The position numbers and the translations under genes were made by a program. A model generated the notes under the pieces. The model saw nothing but the letters and a program-made list of their open reading frames with translations, did not search any database and was not told the origin of the DNA. A stretch of DNA of 64,000 nucleotides from an uncultured Gammaproteobacteria bacterium (lineage in GTDB: Bacteria > Patescibacteriota > Patescibacteriia > Magasanikbacterales > GWA2-37-8): positions 240,523 through 304,522 of the forward strand of contig CAYHBZ010000001.1 in assembly GCA_964355175.1 (NCBI GenBank), written 5' to 3'. Shown here piece after piece: positions 1 through 10,799 of this stretch (position 1 is its first letter; each line of letters begins with the position of its first letter).

Positions 1-744
1 CTTTGCTTTATAATTATGAGATAAATATTCTCCAAGTTTGGCAAAATTTTTCACGTCCCATTGTTTTATTTTATTCCCCGCACACGGCACTATACCAACT
101 AATAAATCCTTACCGGGCATTAAACCGTATTGGCCACATAATTGATCCACACTTTGTTTAGCAGACGGTGAAAAACCTAAATGTTTAGTGGTATCATCGG
201 TAAATATATTCAGCGGCTCCAATAAACGCAGATACTCCCGCGGGGCATATTTACCCATAGTGTGTGATTTATTAATTACAAATTTTCGTATTATATTATA
301 ATATAAAGTATTTAAAGGACTATATCCCCCATCCACCACTGGAGAAACTACGCAAGGAATACCAGCCAAATACAACAAAGATAAGCCTATAAAATTTGGC
401 GCGCACATACATCCAAAATCAATCTGTTCTGACCTGATAATTTTTAATAATTGAAAAAAATTTTTGTTATAAACAAAATATTTATCGACATCTTTGTTAT
501 CTTCCAAGATTAATCTATTTATCTCATTGCCAATAACAAAAAGTTGAGAATTTGGAAATTTATCCTTAACTGCTCTAAAAATAGGAGTTGTGCAAACCAT
601 ATCTCCCAACTTAGCAAACTGAGCAACAACCACCTTCTTTGGAGAAGTAATTTTTTTATTAGCCCGACCCTTAATTATATATAATCCAACAACTAGAAAC
701 AGCAGACTCACCATCTTTACGTTTTTAAAAAATACTTTAAACAT
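1..744 (-). CDS. Glycosyltransferase family 9 (heptosyltransferase-like), 3' end truncated by window
   Basis: Manual translation from ATG 744: MFKVFF...VVVAQFAKLGDMVCTTPIFRAVKDKFPNSQL...CAGNKIKQWDVKNFAKL. This has the GT9 LGD..P..RA.K..FP and KQW..F motifs. Frame is open to the window edge. Confidence 0.85.
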   Translation of the reverse strand, partial: MFKVFFKNVKMVSLLFLVVGLYIIKGRANKKITSPKKVVVAQFAKLGDMVCTTPIFRAVKDKFPNSQLFVIGNEINRLILEDNKDVDKYFVYNKNFFQLLKIIRSEQIDFGCMCAPNFIGLSLLYLAGIPCVVSPVVDGGYSPLNTLYYNIIRKFVINKSHTMGKYAPREYLRLLEPLNIFTDDTTKHLGFSPSAKQSVDQLCGQYGLMPGKDLLVGIVPCAGNKIKQWDVKNFAKLGEYLSHNYKAK

Positions 745-829
745 AAAAATATTTTTCTTTTAATATAAACTTTATTTTTTCATATTTATTCATACAACCT
801 AATAATTAAAGCACTGGATAAAAATCATA

Positions 830-1807
830 TTAAAAATATTTATTCCACTTGGAAACAGGGTAATTACCTACTGCTAAATCAGTCATATGGTCTCGAGAAA
901 ATACACTAGCCAATTTAATCAGAACTAACCATATTTTTTTAGAACCTCTAAATTTCAAAGATGTAGAACTCTTAGATGAGATCGCTTTTTCCATTATAGC
1001 AATTTCATCTTCCGATAGTACTTTTTTATCAATGGCCAAATTAAGTAATGCTCGCCCTAAATCTAAATAACCATAAGATAAGTAGCAACAAAAAGCACGG
1101 ACAATTTTATCATGACTGACTGACTCAGAAAAAATCTTTTCTGGACTCTTAAAGTACAAAGCATTACCAAAAACTAATTGCCCCTTGGACAACTCAGCTC
1201 TATTATCTCTTTGATAAAAACACTTCTGAATATCAAATAACTCAAAACCATTTTCTCTAATAAAACTATCAACATCAGCAAATAACGGCTGTTCTAAATA
1301 AATTGGCGCAAACTCCACCTCTACTTCCAACCCAACAGCGTTCTTTAGTGTATTTTTAGCACCAGCCAAAATTAATTTCTCACATCCTTGGGTATCAATT
1401 TTAATAAAATCCACATCATTAATACCAGCACCGCCCAATTGATTGTCCAGAGTGTCTGCTTCCATCACAATTTCTTTTATAATTTCAAATCTTTCTTTAT
1501 TTATAAATTTTTTTAAAAAATCGTAATTTGGCTTAAAAACAGAAGATACCTTCTGCTTTTTACACAAATAAAAGCTAATTGTTTTCTTAGCATCGGCAAG
1601 GGCTGAATTGAACAGAACTAAATTATTGTCTTTCATCTTAGAAAGAGATTCAAACGCTCTCTTGTCAGGCTCAAACATTATAAATTTTATATTATCAGTC
1701 AGCTGCGACCACCTCACATCAGACCCTCCCGAAGCTCCAATATCAACAACAACAATCGGATTATTATCCATCAACTTAACTTTTTTAGAAAACTTTAAAA
1801 AATTCAT
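830..1807 (-). CDS. FkbM family methyltransferase
   Basis: VDIGASGG, FEPD, DFIKIDTQGCE, GLEVEVEF motifs. Confidence 0.9.
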   Translation of the reverse strand: MNFLKFSKKVKLMDNNPIVVVDIGASGGSDVRWSQLTDNIKFIMFEPDKRAFESLSKMKDNNLVLFNSALADAKKTISFYLCKKQKVSSVFKPNYDFLKKFINKERFEIIKEIVMEADTLDNQLGGAGINDVDFIKIDTQGCEKLILAGAKNTLKNAVGLEVEVEFAPIYLEQPLFADVDSFIRENGFELFDIQKCFYQRDNRAELSKGQLVFGNALYFKSPEKIFSESVSHDKIVRAFCCYLSYGYLDLGRALLNLAIDKKVLSEDEIAIMEKAISSKSSTSLKFRGSKKIWLVLIKLASVFSRDHMTDLAVGNYPVSKWNKYF

Positions 1808-1819
1808 AGACTTGGGGTG

Positions 1820-2896
1820 TTAATTTAAAATTGAATTTAAAAAATTAATAATACTGCCAGATCTACTATGCCAAGTAAAATTTGCAGATTCTGTAATAGC
1901 TTGACTGGATTTGCGTTGAGCTAGATAATAATTCACCCTAATTAATTTTATTTTTGATATAAAATCATCCGTATCTTCTGGATTAAAAAGGAAAGAATTA
2001 TTATCGTTGAATATTTCAGTGATTGAACCTAGATTAGAGGCCAAAACCGGTGTGCCGCTAGCCAGATATTCAAACATTTTTAAAGCCGAATGATATTTGT
2101 AGGTTTTTAACTCCCTGGTAAACGGCAAAAGCAACAAATCGGCGGCTTTAAGATAAGCGGGAACTTCTTGGTAGGAAACACGAGAAATAAATATTATATT
2201 TTTTGGCTCTCCTCCAGCAAATCCATCGCCTCCCAAAAGCACGAAAATCATGTCCGGGCAGGCGCGGGCGGCTTTAATTATTAAATCAACTCCTTTGCCA
2301 CCAACTTTTAAATTTCCACTATACATCGCGATAAAACAATCATCTGAGAGAGACAACTGTTTTAATAATTTATTTCTGCAAATTTCTTTATCTAGATTAT
2401 CAAAATCTTTTTGGAAGAATCCATCATGAGCCACTAGCAACTTATCTTCATCGATATTATATTTACTCATTACGTAGCATTTGAGCGATTCGGAAATAGC
2501 CACAATCCTAATAACACCAACCAATCGACTAAATAAAAAATTACCAATCTTTGTTTCAAATGGCTTGTGGATTTCATAAATTGTCTTATATCCACAAAGA
2601 TAGTAGAAAAAAACTACCAGAATATCGCGGCTATATATATAGTCTGGCTTAAATTTTAAGATCTCAAACAAAGAAAAAACTATCAAAAATAAATACCTGG
2701 TTGGACGCGATAACCAAGCTGCACTCCAAACCTTAAACCATCTATAGTCAGTTTTTGGCTGATTGTTATTTTTGGGAGAAATCAATAAAAAATCTTCTTT
2801 TAAATTTTCAAAAAAAGCTTGGGCCATCGCCGCTACCTGGATACTCTGAGCGTCCTTTGCTGGTATAGTAATATTGGTTATATAGGCCAATTTCAT
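1820..2896 (-). CDS. Glycosyltransferase family 4
   Basis: MKLAYIT start; ADLLLLP...SALKMFEYLASGTPVLASN. Confidence 0.9.
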   Translation of the reverse strand: MKLAYITNITIPAKDAQSIQVAAMAQAFFENLKEDFLLISPKNNNQPKTDYRWFKVWSAAWLSRPTRYLFLIVFSLFEILKFKPDYIYSRDILVVFFYYLCGYKTIYEIHKPFETKIGNFLFSRLVGVIRIVAISESLKCYVMSKYNIDEDKLLVAHDGFFQKDFDNLDKEICRNKLLKQLSLSDDCFIAMYSGNLKVGGKGVDLIIKAARACPDMIFVLLGGDGFAGGEPKNIIFISRVSYQEVPAYLKAADLLLLPFTRELKTYKYHSALKMFEYLASGTPVLASNLGSITEIFNDNNSFLFNPEDTDDFISKIKLIRVNYYLAQRKSSQAITESANFTWHSRSGSIINFLNSILN

Positions 2897-2903
2897 AAAA
2901 TAA

Positions 2904-3902
2904 TTATCTTTTGACAACAAAATGCCAATACGGATTATTATCCGAAACAGTCGTCGTGCTAAAAGTATCGCTTAGAGATAAAATTTCTTTTCGACTGACG
3001 CGCTGCTCTATGCCAGTAAAAAATCTATCATACACATCCTGTTCTATTCTCTTAAATGTTTTATCTTTATAAGCTTCATATAAAGGAATAAATTTACCTT
3101 TGTTAAAAATTTGAAAAATACTGCCAATTAAAATTAACGGATAATAAATCAAATAAACACCTAGATGAGAAAATAATCTGCGAAATAATTTATTTTGCAC
3201 TCGACTTAAAACCAAACGGATACCGGTTACCAACTTCAATAAAATCTTGTAATAACCGGGTCTATTGTCAAGAGCATAATACAAATAGATCAGTAATTCC
3301 GGAGAAAATCTTTTTAAATTCCTCACCTCATTTAGACAATCAGTAGGTAAATGATGCAACACTCCCAAACAAAAAAGAAAATCAGTAAAATCGTTTTTAA
3401 AGGGGATGTCTTTGATATCACACATAAAGAACAGACAATTATTGGAGTTTTTTAAATTATTACGAGCTACAAAAATTGCGTCCGAAAAGTCCACCAACAC
3501 CATCTCTTTGCATTTGTCGCTCAGAAAAAAACTCCAACGGCCGCTACCACAACCCAAATCACACACCCTTTTGGAAAAAAACTTTTGTATATCCACCAAA
3601 TCAAAATATTCTTCAAATTCTTTATGGTGTTCTGGCAAAATATCCTTATACTCTTTCCACTCTTCCCCAAAGCTATATTGGATATCTTGGGCAAAATCCT
3701 TGATTTGTCCCCTATTACCAGCGGACGACGAAATTGATTGTTTGACAAAATTTGAATATTTTTCCGGCTTCAATAAAATTATCACATCGTTTACAATCGG
3801 AAATTCTTGGCCGCTAACCACCAATTTATTATCAAATAAAATAACATCATCTTTCCCAAAGATCTCTTTTAAACTTAAAATTTTATTTTGATAATAATTC
3901 AT
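2904..3902 (-). CDS. Class I SAM-dependent methyltransferase
   Basis: DLGCGSGRW, FCLGVLHHL; SFGEEW N-terminal motif of glycan-locus methyltransferases. Confidence 0.85.
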   Translation of the reverse strand: MNYYQNKILSLKEIFGKDDVILFDNKLVVSGQEFPIVNDVIILLKPEKYSNFVKQSISSSAGNRGQIKDFAQDIQYSFGEEWKEYKDILPEHHKEFEEYFDLVDIQKFFSKRVCDLGCGSGRWSFFLSDKCKEMVLVDFSDAIFVARNNLKNSNNCLFFMCDIKDIPFKNDFTDFLFCLGVLHHLPTDCLNEVRNLKRFSPELLIYLYYALDNRPGYYKILLKLVTGIRLVLSRVQNKLFRRLFSHLGVYLIYYPLILIGSIFQIFNKGKFIPLYEAYKDKTFKRIEQDVYDRFFTGIEQRVSRKEILSLSDTFSTTTVSDNNPYWHFVVKR

Positions 3903-3913
3903 ATTCTTAAAAA

Positions 3914-6091
3914 TTAATTGGATTCATAAATAGATATAATATTTTGAGCATATTTCTCCCAAGTAAAATGCTGGGCCAATTTACGCGCAGACTCGCCCAT
4001 TTCTTTTATTTTTTCCGGATTTTCATAAAAATATTTCATTTTATCCGCCAAAATTCCCGCATCAGCAACCGGGATTATAAAACCTTGCTTTCCATCTTCC
4101 ACCACTGAGCCGGCATTATAGGTAGTAATAACTGGAAGCCCTGAAGCCAGCGCTTCGTACACTGACTTGGACGATCCTTCCAAAATAGAAGGGAAAACAT
4201 ACACGTTATTTTTGGGCAATTCTTTGGCCATATCGCAAAAACCATATACCGCTATATTGCGCTGTGAAGCGTTTTCTAAATACGAACGCACTTCCGGATA
4301 AACACGACCATATAAATTTAGTTTTGCATTTTTAAAATTATTTTTTTTCCAGGCTTCAATTAAATAAGCAACGCCTTTTCTCTGATTAATGGCTCCGGCA
4401 AAGCAAAAATTTATTTCTTTATTATGTTTCTGCTGGGGCGTAAATTTATTTATATCTACCCCAAAAGGTACTACCGAAATTTTATTTGAATCGACTTCTT
4501 CATAAATCAAAGAATCCTTAACGAATAACGATGGCACTATAAATTGATCGACATGATTAAAACAATCTTTTACATAATCATCCACCTTTAGATTCACATT
4601 TTTATATAGCTCATCTTTACCTTCCAATATTTTACCAAGAAAAGAAGTGAGAGCCATCGGCACATCCTGATAAATTTTAATAGCGGGATTAATTTGTTTT
4701 ATATAAGCATAAACTTTTGGAGTAAAGTCCCAAGAATGTACAAAATCAATATTGGACAGGTCTAATTTCTTTAATTTTTTTAATAAAAAAAACTGAAAAA
4801 TTTCAATTTTAATTTTATTAAGATTAAAGTGTCTGGAAACAGAAAAATAAATATGAAAAAAATTAATCAACTTCATCAATATCTCACCCATTGGAATAAC
4901 TTTTTTTATAAGCGAGGTGGATTCTATATTTTTTAAAAAATTTCTACAAAAAACAAAAACACCATTTCGATAAGATAAATTTTTATAGATTTCAAAAGCG
5001 CGAGATCCAATAGTATTGCGTACACCAAAATCTGAATTTAAAATAAATATCCCCCTCTTCTTTTCAAACCCTCTAATAGCTTTTACCCATTCTGACACAT
5101 CATCTATATTTTTTAATACATGGACTTCTCGGTCATCTACATCTTTATCAATTACCGCTGAACTGGATATTACCGGTATTTTTAAACGACCGGCTTCTAA
5201 GCCAACTCTACCCGAAAAGGTGTTATTCCAACGTGAAATACTTATAGCAACTTTGGTAATTTCATATATTTTAGCCGCATCTTTTTGGACCGGCATAAAC
5301 GTTAGATTGCCTTTTACCAAACGATCGCTGCGATCTTCCACTAGCAAAAATTCATATTCCGGCAAAACTTTAGACACTTTGATAAATATCTCATAAGCCT
5401 TTTCAGAATTTCTACCACCGATAAAGGTGATATATTTTTGCTTCTTAGGATCTACTACAAAATTATTAATAGAAGCAATGTCGATTTTAGGATATTTTAT
5501 TTCATCCGCTTTTAAACCAATACGTTTGTGCAATAAGTCAGCCATCTTATCGGAATTTGCGATTATTCTTGAGGCGTGTTTTAATGCAACTTTATTACTA
5601 ATAATAAAATTTATAGTAAATGGCATTTCCACAATCATTCTAGCAAACTTAAATAATCTTCTTACCCCTCGGGAATAATTAACAAAAAGCATGCTAATAC
5701 TACTATTATCCCTTAGATAATAATGATATTTAATATTATTTTTTATACAGTATGCTGCTATAAAAGGCGAATAAGGTCCTTGCAACACCACAAACTCCGA
5801 TTCTTTAATGGACGATAAATTTTGATCCAAGATACTTTTTACCAAACCCCTGTTAAAAAATAAGAAAGCAAACCGCGAAATAGATAATAAAAACTTATAT
5901 TTTAAGAGAAAATTTTTACCCGCAACGACTCTGAAATCATACTCCGACTGATAATAGAGTATATCAAAAGAAATGGCCTTTATGTCATAACCATTTTTTG
6001 AATATATTTTAAATTCTTCCAAGATAGATTTTTCCGCTCCACCCGCAAACGAAGGGAAAAAAGCAGATAGAAAATAAATTTTTTTAATCAT
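3914..6091 (-). CDS. Tandem two-domain glycosyltransferase (GT4-GT4 fusion)
   Basis: N-half has GGAEKS and GRVGLEAG..IPVI; C-half has RKGVAYL and FPSILEGSSKSVYEALASGLPVI. Confidence 0.85.
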   Translation of the reverse strand: MIKKIYFLSAFFPSFAGGAEKSILEEFKIYSKNGYDIKAISFDILYYQSEYDFRVVAGKNFLLKYKFLLSISRFAFLFFNRGLVKSILDQNLSSIKESEFVVLQGPYSPFIAAYCIKNNIKYHYYLRDNSSISMLFVNYSRGVRRLFKFARMIVEMPFTINFIISNKVALKHASRIIANSDKMADLLHKRIGLKADEIKYPKIDIASINNFVVDPKKQKYITFIGGRNSEKAYEIFIKVSKVLPEYEFLLVEDRSDRLVKGNLTFMPVQKDAAKIYEITKVAISISRWNNTFSGRVGLEAGRLKIPVISSSAVIDKDVDDREVHVLKNIDDVSEWVKAIRGFEKKRGIFILNSDFGVRNTIGSRAFEIYKNLSYRNGVFVFCRNFLKNIESTSLIKKVIPMGEILMKLINFFHIYFSVSRHFNLNKIKIEIFQFFLLKKLKKLDLSNIDFVHSWDFTPKVYAYIKQINPAIKIYQDVPMALTSFLGKILEGKDELYKNVNLKVDDYVKDCFNHVDQFIVPSLFVKDSLIYEEVDSNKISVVPFGVDINKFTPQQKHNKEINFCFAGAINQRKGVAYLIEAWKKNNFKNAKLNLYGRVYPEVRSYLENASQRNIAVYGFCDMAKELPKNNVYVFPSILEGSSKSVYEALASGLPVITTYNAGSVVEDGKQGFIIPVADAGILADKMKYFYENPEKIKEMGESARKLAQHFTWEKYAQNIISIYESN

Positions 6092-6106
6092 ACTTAAATA
6101 GCCTTT

Positions 6107-7210
6107 TTAAGAACGCTGCTTAAAAAAATCTGTAAATATTTTAATCACATAATCTATTTGCGACTGGGTCATTTCCGGATATACCGGCAAACTGACGACC
6201 TCGTCACAAATTTGTTCTGAAACCGGAAAACTACCTTTGGTATAACCTAAATATTTAAAACAATCCTGTAAATGAAGTGCTAAGGGATAATAAATACCGG
6301 CTGCCACTCCATTTTTCTGTAAATGCTCTAGTAGATTATCTCTATTCTTGGTTAAAACAGCGTACTGGTGAAAAATATGTTTGCCCTTAGGTATTTCTGT
6401 GGGAGTTTTTACTAAATTAATAAATGCCTTATTATATTCACCCGCTATTTCTTTTCTCTTCTTATTCCACTCGTCAATATATCTCAGTTTTATACTCAAA
6501 ACTACCGCCTGCAGTGAATCCAGGCGAGAATTGACTCCCACAAGTTCATGGAAATATTTCTTTTTTGATCCGTGTATTTGTAACTTTTTAATTTTTTCCA
6601 AATCTTCTTGCGAGCGACAAGTTATCAAACCGCCATCACCCGCACCACCTAAATTCTTGGTGGGGAAAAAAGAAAAACAACCAAAATCTCCCATTGTCCC
6701 CGCCTTTTTGTCATTATACTCGGCCCCAAAGGCCTGACAAGCATCTTCAATTACTTTTAAATTATATTTTTTAGCCAGCATCATCACCTTATCCATATCG
6801 GTACACTGACCAAAAATATGAACCACTAAAATGGCTTTAGTTTTTTCGTTAATCGCTTTTTCTATTTTAGAACAATCAATATTAAAAGTATCAACGTCCA
6901 CATCCACAAACACCGGTACGGCACCCAATCTGGCTATTGCTCCCGCAGTAGCAAAAAAAGTAAACGGAGTAGTAATAATTTCATCTCCGGCTTTTATTTC
7001 CATTGCCAACAAAGACAAAAGCAAAGCGTCACTACCGGAAGCACAACCCAGAGATTCTTGTGCCAAATAATCAGAAACATTTTTTTCAAATTTTTTCACT
7101 TCATCACCCATAATAAAAGAACCTTCCTCAAAAACTTTTTCAACGGCCGGCATTATCTCTGTTTTTAGATCCTGATATTGTTTTTTTAAATCCACAAAAG
7201 GGATAATCAT
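6107..7210 (-). CDS. wbpE: DegT/DnrJ/EryC1/StrS aminotransferase (WbpE/WlbC-like)
   Basis: IPFVDL, IEDACQA, SFFPTKNLGGAGDGG, NSRLDSLQA; adjacent to WbpB- and WbpD-like genes. Confidence 0.85.
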   Translation of the reverse strand: MIIPFVDLKKQYQDLKTEIMPAVEKVFEEGSFIMGDEVKKFEKNVSDYLAQESLGCASGSDALLLSLLAMEIKAGDEIITTPFTFFATAGAIARLGAVPVFVDVDVDTFNIDCSKIEKAINEKTKAILVVHIFGQCTDMDKVMMLAKKYNLKVIEDACQAFGAEYNDKKAGTMGDFGCFSFFPTKNLGGAGDGGLITCRSQEDLEKIKKLQIHGSKKKYFHELVGVNSRLDSLQAVVLSIKLRYIDEWNKKRKEIAGEYNKAFINLVKTPTEIPKGKHIFHQYAVLTKNRDNLLEHLQKNGVAAGIYYPLALHLQDCFKYLGYTKGSFPVSEQICDEVVSLPVYPEMTQSQIDYVIKIFTDFFKQRS

Positions 7211-7211
7211 A

Positions 7212-7904
7212 TTATTGATTTTCTAATAATTGATCGGTTGGAACATCCTTTAAATATTTGGCCGGAACACCCACCACTACATTTTTTGTCTCCACATCCT
7301 GAGTCACTACCGAACCCGCCCCAACCAGCGCGTCCTCGCCTACAGTAATTCCAGGCAACAACACAGCGCCCACACCAATCCTAGCACCTTTCTTAATATG
7401 AACACCTAAAAATTTAGAAAATCTTTCTTTGGTTCTACCCACATAAGCGTCATTAGACGTTAACACGCCAGGAGCAATAAAAACAAAATCTTCTATTTTT
7501 GAATAAGGCACGATATGAACATTGGACTGAATTTTACATTTATTTCCAATCTGGACTGAATTTTCTATTAATACCCGACTGCCGATTATTGTATTTTCCC
7601 CAATCACTACTTCTTCCCGAATAGTGGCATTATCGGCTAATAAACAGCCGTAACCGATCGTGGCACCCCGATAGACGGTTACACCAGAGCCGATAAGTAC
7701 ATCCGCACCAATTATCAATGGACCGAGTTCTCTATTTTCTGTAGTGGCCGAATTTTTGGAAACCAACGGCATTTTGCCAAGTATCGTATTATCATCAATA
7801 CGAACATTATTACCAATAACAACCTCGTCATAAATGACAACGTTATTTCCTATCACCACATTTTCCCCAATCATGGCACTCGGAGCTATTTTAAAATTAT
7901 TCAT
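7212..7904 (-). CDS. wbpD: Hexapeptide-repeat N-acetyltransferase (WbpD/WlbB-like)
   Basis: Left-handed beta-helix repeats, VGAGSVVT, VVVGVPAK. Confidence 0.75.
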   Translation of the reverse strand: MNNFKIAPSAMIGENVVIGNNVVIYDEVVIGNNVRIDDNTILGKMPLVSKNSATTENRELGPLIIGADVLIGSGVTVYRGATIGYGCLLADNATIREEVVIGENTIIGSRVLIENSVQIGNKCKIQSNVHIVPYSKIEDFVFIAPGVLTSNDAYVGRTKERFSKFLGVHIKKGARIGVGAVLLPGITVGEDALVGAGSVVTQDVETKNVVVGVPAKYLKDVPTDQLLENQ

Positions 7905-8853
7905 TTTTAAAAAAATTAACAAAATTATTTTCTATCTGGTTCACTACAACAGACTCTCTCATAGCATGAGCCAACTCAATAGCTGGCCGAACATCCTCTA
8001 GACCATAGCCTCCCCCTGTTAAAATCTGCTTATACACTTCAGTGTGCAGATCCGTAAAACCATCAGAAAATTCTACTTTCTCGCCATCAATAGTAATGGA
8101 ACGAAAAGATTTTATTTCTTTACCGTCGGCTTTAGGCAGATCATTTACATCCAAAGACAAAGCCCACTTTACCTTAGCGCGTTCGAGCTCTATGAAACCG
8201 GCCATCTTTTTGGGAGTTCGATAGTGGACTTCCTGCTTAATCACTTTGCCAAATATCCATATCAACATATCAAAAAAATGAATGCCGATATTTGATACTA
8301 CTCCACCTGATTTATTTATATCCCCTTTCCACGAACTCCAATACCAATTGCCCCGAGGAGTAATATAAACCAACTCCACCTCAAATTTCTTTTCGGATTG
8401 ATCATTCTCAATCTTTTCTTTTAAAGCGATAATGGCAGGATGAACCCTAAGCTGTAAAAGATTATAAACTTTTTTGCCACTTTCTTTTTCCATTTCAATT
8501 AAAGGATCAATATTCCAAGGGCTTAATACTAGAGGCTTTTCACAGATAATATCGGCGCCAATCCTAAGGCCAAAACGAATATGGGCGTCATGAAGATAAT
8601 TCGGCGAACAAATAGTGACATAATCTATTTTTTTGCCGGCTTTAGGATTCCTTTTATGCTTTTCCACGTATCGATCAAAGCGCTCAAATTCGGTAAAAAA
8701 ATCAACACCATAACTATAGCTATCAAGAATACCCACCGAATCATTTGGGTCATAAGCCGCCACCAAATTGTTTCCAGTTTCTTTTATGGCTTTTAGATGA
8801 CGTGGGGCAATATACCCTGCCACCCCGATTACCGCAAAATTTTTCGCAGTCAT
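7897..8853 (-). CDS. wbpB: Gfo/Idh/MocA oxidoreductase, UDP-GlcNAcA 3-dehydrogenase (WbpB/WlbA)
   Basis: GYIAPRHLKAIK, CSPNYLHDAH, CEKPL, NIGIHFFDML, EFSDGFTDLH, all characteristic of WbpB. Confidence 0.92.
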   Translation of the reverse strand: MTAKNFAVIGVAGYIAPRHLKAIKETGNNLVAAYDPNDSVGILDSYSYGVDFFTEFERFDRYVEKHKRNPKAGKKIDYVTICSPNYLHDAHIRFGLRIGADIICEKPLVLSPWNIDPLIEMEKESGKKVYNLLQLRVHPAIIALKEKIENDQSEKKFEVELVYITPRGNWYWSSWKGDINKSGGVVSNIGIHFFDMLIWIFGKVIKQEVHYRTPKKMAGFIELERAKVKWALSLDVNDLPKADGKEIKSFRSITIDGEKVEFSDGFTDLHTEVYKQILTGGGYGLEDVRPAIELAHAMRESVVVNQIENNFVNFFKNE

Positions 8854-8938
8854 AATATATGATTAAATAGTGATATAATTATACTGTCAGACCACTAATA
8901 TGTCAATAAATCCGGCTAATTACAGCGGAATTTTAAAT

Positions 8939-10654
8939 TTATTTTAGGATAATTTTATAAACTTTATACCCAGCATTACTGTATAAAACAGGAAAATTTA
9001 AATTCTTACCATCTTGGTTATTTACCAAAAATACATTGCTGGAGCTGTTTGATCTCTTCATCTCCTGCGCTATTTTAATAAAATCGAGCTCTGAAAGCTT
9101 ATCAAAACCCACACGCAAGTCTTCCCCTGGAACATAACCAAGATTTTTCATCCTTTCCAACCAATCAAAACCAAATTGAGGATTAAAATTCATTAGGGTG
9201 CCGTCTTTCCAATCAGCATAAATAGATCTTTGAGACTCCACTCTAAAACCATCCGAATTGGATGGAACAATAAACACATCTTTAATATCTGTATGGTCTT
9301 TGGCCCAATATTGGACATCCAACCAATCTTTGGATTGAGCATTTTTTATAACAAAATCTTTCTGGACAACTCCGGCTGAAGCACCTAGAAAAATAGCTAA
9401 CCCTACCATCGCATACACAAACTGATTGGCGCTCAAAGCCGGACGCTTAAATACCAACCTAGTGACATTTTCGGCCAATAAATAAAACAAGATAACTGAC
9501 AAAAAGGCTCCCAAAGAAAAAAAAGCGACATTCCAATCACGCGTATCATAAAAAAAAGCGATTATGCAAAAAATTGCCAACAACCTTTCCTGAATGTTGA
9601 ATTCGCCTTCAAATTTTTTTATTAAAAAATTGGAAAAATAAATTATGGCAAAATAGGTGATAAATTGAAAACCTCTCAAAAACTGTAATACCATAGCTAT
9701 GGCAAGCGGAATAAATTCGGTAAAAATCACACCGACCGCTCCCAAGATAACCAAGGCGACAGTAAAAATCATCATTTTTCTATGATTATCCGCTTCCGGT
9801 TTGTACTTACAACTAATAATAAAAACCAAAGATATAAATATCGCTTTTAATAATTGGCCAATGCCCCAAGAAAAAGGAAATATATGATGAGGGGAACGCA
9901 ATTTTAAAAGACTGATCCAAGCCGGGTCGGCATATAGAAAATTCATACTAACGGGAGCAGAAATCACTTTCCAGACAATTAACGGACTGATTATCAATAG
10001 AAATAAACCGACATACGACACCAGCCTACGTATCCTGATATTTCTTAGATCCAATAATAAAGAAAATACCGTAATAGCAAAGGGATAAAGAGCCGTAAGA
10101 GGATGTATTAAAAAACAAATGCCTTGTAAAATATAACTGGTATAGTATTTATTTTTAAGAAAAAAATAAATAGCGAACAGAGCCAACGGCAAAGCGACTG
10201 TGATAGTCAACAGCATATCGTTGACGGCTTCGGTCCCCGCCATTATCTGATTGGTAAAAATTAAAAAAAATAAAGATAGATAACCTACTTCTTTTCTTTT
10301 GAATAATAATTTGGCAATAAGATATATTGAAAAAAAAGAAAAAAATATAGAAATAAGATAGACAGTAAACAAAATAATAGGAGTACTGATCCCAGAAAAT
10401 TTGATTATTGCCGCCAACCCAAACCATAGAAAAGTATAATAGTAAGGAACTTGCGCCAAAAGATAATCGTGCGGATATAAACTCGGATTCAAAAAAAAAT
10501 TCAAGAATGCAACAGTGATGGACTGGTCTCCCCAACCATAGCGATATTGATTAATACCAAGAACCGACACAATCAAAAAAATAAGTATTATCAACAAGGG
10601 CGTTATCTGCTTATGAGCAAAAAACTTTTTTATAGATAGAAAAAAAAATTTCAT
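8939..10654 (-). CDS. Polytopic membrane protein, possible GT-C-like (DUF6798-like) glycan transferase
   Basis: Many TM segments; LYPHDYL, LRSPHH, WAKDHT..DVFIVP and FRVESQRSIYADWKDG motifs. Confidence 0.6.
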   Translation of the reverse strand: MKFFFLSIKKFFAHKQITPLLIILIFLIVSVLGINQYRYGWGDQSITVAFLNFFLNPSLYPHDYLLAQVPYYYTFLWFGLAAIIKFSGISTPIILFTVYLISIFFSFFSIYLIAKLLFKRKEVGYLSLFFLIFTNQIMAGTEAVNDMLLTITVALPLALFAIYFFLKNKYYTSYILQGICFLIHPLTALYPFAITVFSLLLDLRNIRIRRLVSYVGLFLLIISPLIVWKVISAPVSMNFLYADPAWISLLKLRSPHHIFPFSWGIGQLLKAIFISLVFIISCKYKPEADNHRKMMIFTVALVILGAVGVIFTEFIPLAIAMVLQFLRGFQFITYFAIIYFSNFLIKKFEGEFNIQERLLAIFCIIAFFYDTRDWNVAFFSLGAFLSVILFYLLAENVTRLVFKRPALSANQFVYAMVGLAIFLGASAGVVQKDFVIKNAQSKDWLDVQYWAKDHTDIKDVFIVPSNSDGFRVESQRSIYADWKDGTLMNFNPQFGFDWLERMKNLGYVPGEDLRVGFDKLSELDFIKIAQEMKRSNSSSNVFLVNNQDGKNLNFPVLYSNAGYKVYKIILK

Positions 10655-10799
10655 ATGATAAATTCTTATTTATTTTTTAACAAATTATTAACAAAATTTC
10701 CAAGATTTTATTATATCCATACCAAATCCTTTTTTGCATAATTCTACCATATATTTGATTTAATTTTCTATATACTTATAGAGAAAATTTAATAAACTA

